From assembly GCA_963752255.1 (NCBI GenBank), contig CAVVXT010000011.1:1-34827 (forward strand): a stretch of DNA of 34,827 nt. The letters run 5' to 3'. The DNA comes from Nitrososphaeria archaeon. Its GTDB lineage: Archaea > Thermoproteota > Nitrososphaeria > JACIWG01. Below, in pieces: positions 12,257-21,089 of the stretch. Numbering within the stretch: the first letter of the stretch is position 1; the number at the start of each line of letters is the position of its first letter. The position numbers and the translations under genes were made by a program. The notes under the pieces were generated by a model. That model had not been told where the DNA came from, did no database searches, and saw only the letters and a program-made list of their open reading frames with translations.

Positions 12257-13292
12257 ACTCTTGAATGAACCTTTCTCTAAAGACGTCCGGTCCGAAGGAT
12301 TGGGCCCTTTCTCTGGACCGAGCTGACATCGTGCTGAATAGCTGATCGTCTGACAGAAGCCGGATAAAGCCGGCTACTTCATTATATTCACAATAACTGT
12401 AACCGCAGTGTCCCTGTCTTTCTTCCAAGATATCCTTCCATGGTCCTCCAGACTTGTGAACTATGGGTACGCAGCCCGAAGACATCCCCTCTACTATGGA
12501 TATCCCGAACATTTCATTCTTCATAAGACTTAGGCATACCTTAGCTTCGGACAAGAGCCTCAAAAGCACCTGTCTCGGTGCATTATAATATATTTCCAAA
12601 CGATCCGCTACTCCAAGCTCTTTTGCCTTTAACCTCAGATTTGCGATCACATTATCCGACCCCTCCTTAGTCGAGCCTACGATTACATACTTCCATCGCT
12701 CGGTTTCTCGAGCTATGTGCGGAATGGCTTCAAGGCCTTTTCCCTGCAAGAATCTTGACATAGTGAGAACCATATCCCTTTTCTTGTCTGGGAGGTTAAT
12801 TTCTCCGGTATCGCAGGGAGGGTAGATGACACAGATTCTCGATTTCCATCTATAGGATTTGACCAGTATGTCGTTTGTAAAGCTCGAGTTGGCTAGGAGA
12901 AGAGGGTTCTTCCTCATTAGTAGATGAACCAATATATTCATGATATTGTACGCAAACTGTGTATACCCTTTTTTCATAATCTCTGGCATATTGCCCCTAT
13001 AGTCTCTCGCTAGGGAAAAGGGCATTCCTCCTATATACACAATATCAGCTAGATTGTTTAATATGTCCAAGTCGCCATATGTGCTTATCACAATATCTGA
13101 TTTGAGAGAACGAACGAGCCCGATGAACTTGATCACAAGTAAACCAGCATTGAAGGGATTGATGCGCAATTTTGATAGGTTCAAGCTTGGGTCGATAAGA
13201 TATTCTCGGTCAACATGTGTCTTTATTCCAATAAACTTGCTTAGCTCTTCCCAATCGGTCCTGTCTATGGTAACAGAACCATAATTGAACAA
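12201..13292 (-). CDS. Glycosyltransferase family 4, ALG11-like paralogue of 6347-7522, lacking its first ~35 residues
   Basis: VTIDRTDW, STYGD, LLANSSFT, IYPPC, EMFGISIVEGMSSG, HKSGGPWKDIL align with the 6347 protein. The HPSLNxxGGAERV segment is absent upstream. Confidence 0.85.
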   Translation of the reverse strand: MFNYGSVTIDRTDWEELSKFIGIKTHVDREYLIDPSLNLSKLRINPFNAGLLVIKFIGLVRSLKSDIVISTYGDLDILNNLADIVYIGGMPFSLARDYRGNMPEIMKKGYTQFAYNIMNILVHLLMRKNPLLLANSSFTNDILVKSYRWKSRICVIYPPCDTGEINLPDKKRDMVLTMSRFLQGKGLEAIPHIARETERWKYVIVGSTKEGSDNVIANLRLKAKELGVADRLEIYYNAPRQVLLRLLSEAKVCLSLMKNEMFGISIVEGMSSGCVPIVHKSGGPWKDILEERQGHCGYSYCEYNEVAGFIRLLSDDQLFSTMSARSRERAQSFGPDVFRERFIQEFKKVLEAKYPASKESSPA

Positions 13293-13472
13293 AATCGATA
13301 AATGTATTAAAGCGTCCTCTTTTTTGCTGGGAAATGCTTAGAAAAACTGGGTGGGCACACTTATCATGTACATCCTAACGAGATGCATGGACGATGTTTA
13401 AAATATGACAGATAGTACAGATAGCACAAATATTAAAGGATAGTATGATAATACTAAAGATAGCGATAAAAT

Positions 13473-13994
13473 TTGGACGAGCTGGATAAGCTGATATTGG
13501 AGGACTTGCAAAATCACATCCCCTGGGCCGTTATCGCTAAAAATCGTCACACCAGCCCAAATCACATAGCTGAAGTCAAAAGGAAGTATTTGGGCGCACA
13601 ATCTTCTATAAACGAAGATGAAATTGGTGCGAGGGCGTTTAAGTTGTTTGACATGGGGAAGGACGCAATTCAGGCAACGATTGAATTGGGAAATCCTCAA
13701 CTTATGAAGGAACTATATGACACCTATCTTGAAATGAAGCAAAGCTCAAAGAAGCTAAACGACGACTGGAAACGACAACTGGATGATCAATACAATAAGG
13801 GGTATTCCGCTGGATATGACGCCAAAGCGGCAGAGGAATGGCTGTCGGAGAAACCTTATGATTTCACACTACCCTGTAGGGTATGCGGTTTACCATTCTT
13901 AGGGAAACTCACAGAAGAAGATTGGGAGCAGAAAGTTAAACCTTGGCTCTACGAGAACTTTGATATCTGCCATGAGAGGTGTCGCAGGCTTTAA
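13473..13994 (+). CDS. Putative DNA-binding protein: HTH-like segments, coiled coil and C-terminal zinc ribbon
   Basis: LDELDKLILEDLQ...WAVIAK...SPNHIAEVKRK (HTH-like); ARAFKLFDMGK..IQATIELG (second HTH-like); CRVCG...CHERC. Confidence 0.55.
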   Translation: MDELDKLILEDLQNHIPWAVIAKNRHTSPNHIAEVKRKYLGAQSSINEDEIGARAFKLFDMGKDAIQATIELGNPQLMKELYDTYLEMKQSSKKLNDDWKRQLDDQYNKGYSAGYDAKAAEEWLSEKPYDFTLPCRVCGLPFLGKLTEEDWEQKVKPWLYENFDICHERCRRL

Positions 13995-14170
13995 GATCTA
14001 CAAACAAGTTGGACTCTTTAAAAGAAGAACTTAAGAGAGATACTAAGGACGCAGGAAAGATTCACAGCTTATGGAAGTGGCTGAAAGAAAACGCGAGCTG
14101 GATCGTTCCAACTCTTAGTCCAGTCGTTATAGAAATCTGGAAGGCTTTATTCCCTCAAAGAAAGTCATAA
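13979..14170 (+). CDS. Small helical hypothetical protein or C-terminal gene fragment
   Basis: Amphipathic LKEELKR..DAGKIHSLWKWLKENASWIVPTL; overlaps the upstream stop. Confidence 0.4.
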   Translation: MSQALRSTNKLDSLKEELKRDTKDAGKIHSLWKWLKENASWIVPTLSPVVIEIWKALFPQRKS

Positions 14171-14527
14171 TTAGAGATATTACACTATTTCACGATATTA
14201 ACCCACAAGATTTAGCACAAAGGATGCTCTTTCCTTTTACTGGCGATCCGATAGTTAGGCATAGAGCTGAGGTTTTTGCAGAGGGGCAAGTTAATCCTAA
14301 TTATGTCCATTTTCTTCTAAATCCAATAGATGTTTGGGATCTCTTTAGTCATATCCATACCGATATCGATATAGAATCCCTGTAGATAGCTATAGTTAAT
14401 TAAATGTCTACAACAGAAAAAGGGGATAACGAGGCTTCCATGATTCACGCCGAAGAAATTAAATGATAAATGCTTTAGTATGTATTAAAAAAACGTTAAT
14501 ATAATGTGTGTCGAATGATTCCCTGCG

Positions 14528-15109
14528 TTGAAAAACAGATTCGCTATACTATTACTTGTTGTTGGGATTCTGATCCTGATAATTACTCCTTTGGCTACAA
14601 TGGCCTATGGCAAGGATGGAAGGGTACTTTACCGGCTGTCCACTAAAATTAACAGCGAAGGAGGTTCGGTACTTGGTTTTACATTAGGCAACTGGACGCC
14701 TTCACATACACTTGAGGTTTATCTTAAACTTCCTATTGTCTATAACGTTACGGAAAACCCCCTTTTTCTTGACATCATAATGGTTGACAATTCTAATTTT
14801 ACTTTGATAGACAACAACCAGAGCCCTAATTACATCTTTTTTCATGCCTACGGTATTGGAAACACTACCTCCTTCTTTGTCAAAAACATCAATCAAAGCG
14901 GCCAGTATTATCTCGTCATGTACAACGTGATACCGGTAAATACGACCGCGGATGTTAATATCATTGAAGAATGGTACGGCTGGAATGTTAACCCTCTAAT
15001 ATATCCTATGATGACCATAGGATCGATAATCACAGTAGCAGGCATCATAATATCTCTTTATGTGTGGCGAAAAGAACATCATACTACCAAACACATAGAG
15101 AACAAGTAA
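14528..15109 (+). CDS. Membrane protein: N-terminal signal/TM helix, beta-rich extracellular domain, C-terminal TM helix
   Basis: Two hydrophobic helices flank a domain with many N-x-S/T sequons and SGQYYLVMYN. Confidence 0.75.
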   Translation: MKNRFAILLLVVGILILIITPLATMAYGKDGRVLYRLSTKINSEGGSVLGFTLGNWTPSHTLEVYLKLPIVYNVTENPLFLDIIMVDNSNFTLIDNNQSPNYIFFHAYGIGNTTSFFVKNINQSGQYYLVMYNVIPVNTTADVNIIEEWYGWNVNPLIYPMMTIGSIITVAGIIISLYVWRKEHHTTKHIENK

Positions 15110-15180
15110 AAGAATGGCGAAGAGAACACCATACGAAGAATCGAGCTAAGGTTGCTTAATATAAGAGAAGAATCCGAACT
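15082..15180 (+). pseudogene. Possible remnant of the basic helical N-terminus of an HNH endonuclease
   Basis: Reads YYQTHREQVKEWRREHHTKNRAKVA*YKRRIR, similar in pattern to REYNKLHRDECREWSRRYRQTRPEK of the 21090 relic. No nuclease domain follows. Confidence 0.3.
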
Positions 15181-15430
15181 GAAGAGAGACTAATTTGGCA
15201 AGAAAACAAAATTCCTGACGCTACTGAAAAGTTACAGTGAGTCAATAGTGAAGCTGTATTTTTCCACTTTTTTCTTATAGATTTCTTCAGCCTTTGCTAT
15301 ATTGAGGACTTAAATCACACTTAGGTATAAATCCCTATAAGCCTAGATAATAATACAAGTTTAGTTTTGATTTCTCCTGTTTTTTTAACGCTATAGATAA
15401 TAAAGAGTGAAGTGTGTAAGAAATGCCGTA

Positions 15431-15883
15431 CTATCTTTTGATCTGTATCTGGTCGATGTAAACATCTGTGACGCCGTAATTAAAGTTCTGAACACGAAAT
15501 TCGAGACCATTGGTCATACTGTTGGGCACAACGTAGTTCAGTTGATAACACTGCCAAACATTGGAGGCAAGATCGTCAGCTTTAACCCGAGCCGAAGCGA
15601 GAACAGTTGCACCATTGTTGCAACAAACATTGATGTACGCTACCTCTCTAGAGGTCAGGTTGGATGAAACTTTGAGTTTGAAGAAAGCCGTATACTGTCC
15701 ACCCAACATGCTTCCACCTCCCTGCTATGTACTGATGTACGCTCCATACGGCATTGCACCATTCGGGGATGAAATAGAAGCCTTCATCACTGCACCAGAC
15801 GAGGACGAAGGATCGCTTACCTTCACCCAAGAGCTGTATGACTGAGGTTTGTCTGACGCGGCCTCGGAGTACGCGGTTGCCAT
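15431..15883 (-). pseudogene. Stand-alone beta-sandwich/CBM-like domain (~150 aa) with one internal in-frame TAG (15725-15727)
   Basis: MATAYSEAASDKPQSYSSWVKVSDPSSSSGAVMKASISSPNGAMPYGAYIST*QGGGSMLGGQYTAFFKLKV...VWQCYQLNYVV...LEFRV...VYIDQIQIKR; homologous to the C-terminal domain of the DUF2079 protein. Confidence 0.7.
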
Positions 15884-17386
15884 CTAAGACGGATCTGCGG
15901 CTACGATTGTATACGTGTCACCGTCGCCAGGGTTGTTGACGAACCCATCACCGTTTGTGTCATTCCATTTAACGATGATCCAACTATGCGAATAAGAGCC
16001 TAAGTTGGGGTATATCATGATGTTGAAATATTTTCCCGCAGCGTATGTGCCTTTCCAGCCAAAGCCATAGCATAACATTACGAATCTATTGTTTGCATCT
16101 TTGTAAGTCTCTATGACGAACATATCTTCACCTTGGTTTATGACTGAGTGTGGTAGGCTTGCTCCGGGGATGTTTGTTCCATTCCAGTATTGGAAGCGGA
16201 ATATGTCATTAGCCGAGTCGTAGTAGAACCTTATTGGCGCCCGATCGGCTAAAGCCGTTGAATTAAGTTCAGCATATTTTACTACTGGGTTCACGTATTG
16301 GCCACCGAAGCTTATGATTCCAGCACCTGTATTACCGATTGCTCTTCCTGTGCCCTGGTTCACGAATTTACTTTCTGTGTCCAACCCTTCTGTATAATTT
16401 TTCAGTTTCGTCGAAATCGCCATCGATGCCAGCCAGTCGCTTACAGAAGCAGCTCCACAGCTTAAAGGCTTCGTTGTACTGTCAGAAGGATAAATCAGGC
16501 TTACATTGTTTGCAGCGAACACTGAATCGAAATCAGAAATTGTTATCCCAATTAGATTATCCACAAATACATCGTTACCACTTATTATCACAGCTACATT
16601 GCTTGGCGCCCCATATGACCAAGCACCCCATGTCGTAGCTTTCGCGACACCACCAGTTGATATCCAATAGTTGTTGATAAAATTGAAGTTGAAAGCTGGG
16701 GAGCCTCCTGGGATGGACGTCTGCCAGACTTCCTCATAATTCGTATAGTCATAGTATCCCGCATATATTTCAGTCAAAACTAGGTAGTTTCCTCCAGTAG
16801 GTGCGTCCAAGGACCAAACCTGTGTCGAATTTTGAGCTACGAAGTGGGTAACGCCGCTAACAGTGGTAATGTAGAATGTATATGTAACTCCCAGGGACAG
16901 AGCCGTCGCGTTCGGTGTATAATGATAAGTTGGATTATCTGGCGATCCACTTGTCCACGAGTAGGTTAACCCCCAAGTGCCATAGTTGTTAGAAAAACCA
17001 ATTTGATCGTAGCTCCCTGCACTATCCCAAGCTGAAAGAAGTACGTAATAGAACTCATCTGATTTAGGCTGAGAATAGGGAACCTTAATCCTCATGTAAA
17101 CGGTTTGCGCGTTCTGGGTGGGTAACCCCGAAGGATATACGCTCCCAGCGTACCAATGGGTCATATATTCTGGAGGCGGAGATATAGGAGGTGCCAGTGT
17201 CGGAAATATGGTGCGTCCATCAACTACGGGAAATTCCTCTCCCGAGGTCCAAGTCAGCTCAGGTATCGGCTTACCCGAGGCGGAGTCGGTTGAATCTGAA
17301 CGTGCAATGCCAGTACTGACTACAGATAGAACCAGCATTAAGATTGACGACGCAATTAGAACCTTCCGTATACTTCTCAAATTCAT
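15884..17386 (-). CDS. Secreted protein: putative G1 (eqolisin-like) glutamic peptidase domain plus C-terminal S-layer-type module
   Basis: Signal peptide. HWYAGSV...IKVP...SAW...YDQIG...YSWT...NYEE follows the order of G1 motifs (Gln/Glu dyad). C-terminal SDWLAS...SFGGQYVNPVVKY...MLCYGFGWKGTYAAG resembles S_layer_C. Ends with a D-x-N-x-D-G Ca-binding-like motif. Confidence 0.55.
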   Translation of the reverse strand: MNLRSIRKVLIASSILMLVLSVVSTGIARSDSTDSASGKPIPELTWTSGEEFPVVDGRTIFPTLAPPISPPPEYMTHWYAGSVYPSGLPTQNAQTVYMRIKVPYSQPKSDEFYYVLLSAWDSAGSYDQIGFSNNYGTWGLTYSWTSGSPDNPTYHYTPNATALSLGVTYTFYITTVSGVTHFVAQNSTQVWSLDAPTGGNYLVLTEIYAGYYDYTNYEEVWQTSIPGGSPAFNFNFINNYWISTGGVAKATTWGAWSYGAPSNVAVIISGNDVFVDNLIGITISDFDSVFAANNVSLIYPSDSTTKPLSCGAASVSDWLASMAISTKLKNYTEGLDTESKFVNQGTGRAIGNTGAGIISFGGQYVNPVVKYAELNSTALADRAPIRFYYDSANDIFRFQYWNGTNIPGASLPHSVINQGEDMFVIETYKDANNRFVMLCYGFGWKGTYAAGKYFNIMIYPNLGSYSHSWIIVKWNDTNGDGFVNNPGDGDTYTIVAADPS

Positions 17387-17415
17387 TTTCTCTTAATCCT
17401 CTTCGAGAAACTTTG

Positions 17416-17427
17416 ATATATATATAT
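17416..17427. promoter_or_regulatory. Archaeal TATA box, probably serving both divergent genes
   Basis: (AT)6 run about 30 nt from both start codons (17386 minus, 17458 plus) in a 71-bp intergenic gap. Confidence 0.55.
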
Positions 17428-17457
17428 TTCCTGTGATATATACTGGGTGAGTATGCC

Positions 17458-18012
17458 ATGAAGATGAGTATGGTCGCCTTACTAATAGTCGTTATTATAC
17501 TTGTGGGTTTTGGTGGTTACGGCTTAGGATACACGATGTATGAACCGAAAATAACAAGCTATGAAAACCAAGTTTCCAGTCTAACATCCGAGGTTTCAAT
17601 GCTCAATTCAACTGTTTTAAGCCAGCAAACACAAATATCGACTATGGGAGGACTACCCCCTTTCGCAAACCCAGATTTCGACGTTTTGCTAAGCATACCC
17701 GTTGTCAACGTTCCAGATAGTGGAGGATCGTTCAATGTGCCTATTACGTTGAAAGCGACAAAGCTGAATACTAGCGAAGTACTTGATCTTGAGGCGCATT
17801 CAAATATCCCAGGATATGTAGCTGACTTCAAGCCGACATCGTTGACTCTCCAGCCAGGTGATTCTATAAGTGTAAATTTAACAGTCATTGTCCCAAGCGG
17901 TGTCTCGACTGGCACCTATCCAATGTCCATTGTGGCTAGTGGTAAAACGACTCAAGGTGGAAGCTGGCTTCTAATCGTTGTCGGTTCCTCCTTAAAAGTT
18001 CCGCCGCCCTAA
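17458..18012 (+). CDS. Membrane-anchored protein: N-terminal TM, short coiled coil, Ig-like domain
   Basis: TM helix (VALLIVVIILVGFGGYGLGY); heptad ITSYENQVSSLTSEVSMLNSTVLSQQTQI; Ig-like FKPTSLTLQPGDSISVNLTVIVPSGVSTGTYPMSIVA. Confidence 0.75.
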   Translation: MKMSMVALLIVVIILVGFGGYGLGYTMYEPKITSYENQVSSLTSEVSMLNSTVLSQQTQISTMGGLPPFANPDFDVLLSIPVVNVPDSGGSFNVPITLKATKLNTSEVLDLEAHSNIPGYVADFKPTSLTLQPGDSISVNLTVIVPSGVSTGTYPMSIVASGKTTQGGSWLLIVVGSSLKVPPP

Positions 18013-18363
18013 CATTTAACTCGAAAAAAGAAAAAAGGAACTATTAGGATGACGTTGGAAAGTTCTTCCAATCCATAAACGGAAAGTCATCTGAAAGCTT
18101 TTTGCTTATGATTTTAAAGAACAACTAAGTCGTATATTAAATAGCTGTCAATAGGGTTCCCATTAGCATCCCAGCCAGGCTCATCGTCGTGTGTTAATCA
18201 CCTGGGATTCTGTTGAACTTTCAGAACGCTGTTTAAGTATGTTCGTTGAATTTTGACTAGTTAGTACTAAAAGATTGGGGTTTCAATAACCCTAGATATT
18301 AGTAAGCCAGAACCTATCCTAAGTCAATTAATGGAGACAGAACTAATATAATATAATATAATT

Positions 18364-18401
18364 AAAAAAAATAAAAAGGGAATAGGGATATTTTTTATCC
18401 C
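18364..18401 (-). terminator. Hairpin plus oligo-T terminator of the S-layer gene
   Basis: Minus strand right after TAA: GGGATA-AAAAA-TATCCC then CCCTTTTTATTTTTTTT. Confidence 0.7.
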
Positions 18402-21023
18402 TTATGGATCTGGATGTGTCGGTAACTTTTCGCTTATCGTTCCGAGGTTCTCTACTATTGTTATGACAGGATGATGTTGTGTGAATGTAGTCGAGCCGTA
18501 GTTGATGTCTAGTATTATACTTGTCGTTCCACAGTTCAGTCCGCATAGAGTGAATAGTCCTGGGCATGTGCCTAGTACTTGGTTCCAGTAATTACCATAT
18601 ATCCACTGTGAAGCGTAGTATGTGTCTCTGCCCTGCAGTCCCCAAACGACTAAGAATGTCGTTCCGTTTATGTCCTGATATGTGCTGATCACCGCGTAGC
18701 CGTCTGTTGATGTGTCAGTGTATGCGTTCTTGCTCCAGCATGATATCGCCCCTATCGCGTTAAACCATTTACTGCTTGTTGGTGTGTATGTTGGGTTACC
18801 AAAGAATGCGGTTGTGAAGTCGTTTGTGTAGTAGGTGACCATGTTGGCATATAATCCTCCTACGCCAATCATGTTAGACGTTGTAATTGGCCAGCGTGTA
18901 CACCAGTCGTCTTTGATCGCTGCCCTGCCCTTCATATCCTTGTAGTTTACTGCAGTGCTTCCTGGTCCGAACTGATACATCACGTTTGGTATCTGGTTAG
19001 CTAATACTGGATCCATCATGTCTTCTCCTGCGAGACCTAACGATACACCTGTGAAATGCAATGAAGCAGATATCATGGCTGCGCCTGCTGAGTCAACTGA
19101 AGCGGCGTCTCTTCCTACAACAATCCACTCGTAGCGACCACTATTCCACATCATCATCCTAGCAGGATCAGCAGTACCTGCGACTGCAGAATGCCAAGTA
19201 CCCAACGTTGAATATTCTATCTTTAGTAAGTCAAAGTAGAATGCTGCTGATTTTGCTGTTAGTGTAGCATAACCGTTAGCATCAATGGATATAGTATAGT
19301 CTACTCCTCTTACGAGCAGTGCTCCTCCTTGATCTTCGTCCATCACACGTTCAGCTTGTGTATTGTATCCGTTCCAACATCCCAATAGGAATGGAGCATT
19401 TGATAGTGTAATGCTACTTTGATCTTCGGGTTTCCATTCAAGCCATGTGGCGGCCTTCTTGCATGCTGCCTGTGGTAGATCCCATGGGTTCATGACTTCG
19501 TTGAGCTGGTACTTTACTTCGCTGTCTATGTTTGCTACCTTACCCATCGGTGTTACAGTTCCGTTCACGTTATCCGTCAACACGTATACGCAAACGCCTC
19601 TGAACGACTGTCCAATGCCAAGAGCGATATCCCATTCTCCTGAGACAAATGGTATGCTAGGTTCTGTGGGCATAATAGCGGTTTGAACGTTGAAAAGTGC
19701 GGTTAGCCTTGTATCCCATCCGTTAACTGTCCAGTCTGACACCTGTGGCCAGAATGCTACTGCGCCAACGTATGCACCGTCGGCTGAGATGACCTGCGCG
19801 AGGCTGTAATCATTGACGAACTCCTCGAAAACGTACTTGTATTGAACCGTAACAACATCGCCTGCTTTCAGTCCACCACTCTTGGTGAACCATATAGTTC
19901 TGTTAGCAGTACCTGCTGCATTGGGATCTTCTACTTTATAGTTTGTACTCGGAAGCTGGTATATTCCGTTTACGAATACTGCTTCAGTTTGTTCGTAATC
20001 ATCATGCGTTAGATTGACATTGTTTTGTCCGGCTACAGCTACAAAGCTCTCTACAAGGTCACGTAGCAACCATGTCGTTCCGTTGTATGGCGGATTCGCT
20101 GCGCCGCCCTCGGTTCCCGTGACATTCTCCCAATCTGGACCATACACTGTATTGAGTCCTACTTTCGCAGCACTTGGATAGAATTCTGCGTAGCTGTTTA
20201 GTTTATTCGCTCCAGTTGGAGGACCTAAGTCCCATTCTCCTCTGTCACCGAACTGTATGTTCGCCAAGCCGTCTAGTACCTTTGTCTCCAGTTTGAGCTT
20301 CATGTCCTTGTATTCGACTATTTCCTTCTTGACTTTGTCGAATATTATCGTAATCTGTAGTTGTGCTACTGGCCATGATTCAATAACTCCTGACGTGAGT
20401 TTTTGTGTATCGTTTATGTTAGTTACCAAAAGGGCTATCGTCTCCCTTGGGCCGTCGTAGAGTATCTGTATCGGTAGAGTCGCTGCCATACCGTTTGTCT
20501 GTCTTCCTCCGATGCCGACGGTTGGAGATGCCGTATTATTATTCCAAGGTCCACCGTAGGTTATACCATCAGAAAAGAGTGCAAAAGCCCAGACAACCCT
20601 GTATGCTGGGTAGGGTGTTCCTTCGAATAACCTGTCTCTGTATGTTATGTTTGCTAGCCATCCGTTGACCCAATAAGCCTCTGAAACAAGTTCATTAGCG
20701 AATGGATCACGTGAAGTTCCTAAACGTTGGTCGTATGTATTTACTACATCATGACCTGGATACTGCATGCCGACACCAACGCCACCGGTTGAGTTTATCA
20801 GTTCACCGTACTTTGAAAATCCTATGTCCAAACTCTGTTGACTGTATGGGTATAGTGTGTAATAGTCGCTGGTAAGAACCCCATTTACTGTCTTGTACCA
20901 GCTTGCCTGATCAGCTGGAAGCGGAGCAGGATTGGTTACCGTGGTATATGCTAATACTGTTAGTGATGGTGCTAGTAATATGATAAGCGCCGATAAAGCC
21001 ATTATCGAATGTTTATTATTCAT
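18402..21023 (-). CDS. S-layer (glyco)protein, 873 aa
   Basis: Signal peptide; Thr/Asn/Gly-rich beta protein with many sequons. C-terminal WIVVGRDAASVDSAGAAMIS...NMIGVGGLYANMVTYY...FLVVWGLQGRDTYYAS matches the archaeal S_layer_C pattern. Strong TATA promoter and terminator. Confidence 0.75.
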   Translation of the reverse strand: MNNKHSIMALSALIILLAPSLTVLAYTTVTNPAPLPADQASWYKTVNGVLTSDYYTLYPYSQQSLDIGFSKYGELINSTGGVGVGMQYPGHDVVNTYDQRLGTSRDPFANELVSEAYWVNGWLANITYRDRLFEGTPYPAYRVVWAFALFSDGITYGGPWNNNTASPTVGIGGRQTNGMAATLPIQILYDGPRETIALLVTNINDTQKLTSGVIESWPVAQLQITIIFDKVKKEIVEYKDMKLKLETKVLDGLANIQFGDRGEWDLGPPTGANKLNSYAEFYPSAAKVGLNTVYGPDWENVTGTEGGAANPPYNGTTWLLRDLVESFVAVAGQNNVNLTHDDYEQTEAVFVNGIYQLPSTNYKVEDPNAAGTANRTIWFTKSGGLKAGDVVTVQYKYVFEEFVNDYSLAQVISADGAYVGAVAFWPQVSDWTVNGWDTRLTALFNVQTAIMPTEPSIPFVSGEWDIALGIGQSFRGVCVYVLTDNVNGTVTPMGKVANIDSEVKYQLNEVMNPWDLPQAACKKAATWLEWKPEDQSSITLSNAPFLLGCWNGYNTQAERVMDEDQGGALLVRGVDYTISIDANGYATLTAKSAAFYFDLLKIEYSTLGTWHSAVAGTADPARMMMWNSGRYEWIVVGRDAASVDSAGAAMISASLHFTGVSLGLAGEDMMDPVLANQIPNVMYQFGPGSTAVNYKDMKGRAAIKDDWCTRWPITTSNMIGVGGLYANMVTYYTNDFTTAFFGNPTYTPTSSKWFNAIGAISCWSKNAYTDTSTDGYAVISTYQDINGTTFLVVWGLQGRDTYYASQWIYGNYWNQVLGTCPGLFTLCGLNCGTTSIILDINYGSTTFTQHHPVITIVENLGTISEKLPTHPDP

Positions 21024-21050
21024 TTCGGTCGTACAGACATGAGTCTGAGT

Positions 21051-21068
21051 TATATATATACTTTTATT
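21051..21068 (-). promoter_or_regulatory. BRE plus TATA box of the S-layer gene
   Basis: Minus strand AATAAAAG-TATATATATA lies 28-37 nt upstream of ATG 21023, implying a leaderless or short-leader mRNA. Confidence 0.65.
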
Positions 21069-21089
21069 TAATGGAAAAAAAGGATATCA

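Noticed and set aside
13405-13470. GATAG-rich short repeats upstream of the HTH gene as iterons or an origin
   Set aside because: Irregular spacing; better explained as a frameshifted low-complexity N-terminus (MTDSTDST...DNTKDSDK).
18048-18095. Three-way-junction RNA (GATGAC/GTCATC enclosing a TTGGAA/TTCCAA hairpin), ribozyme-like
   Set aside because: Lacks the hammerhead CUGAnGA core, stems are short, and the minus strand may just be a decayed gene end followed by a T-tract.
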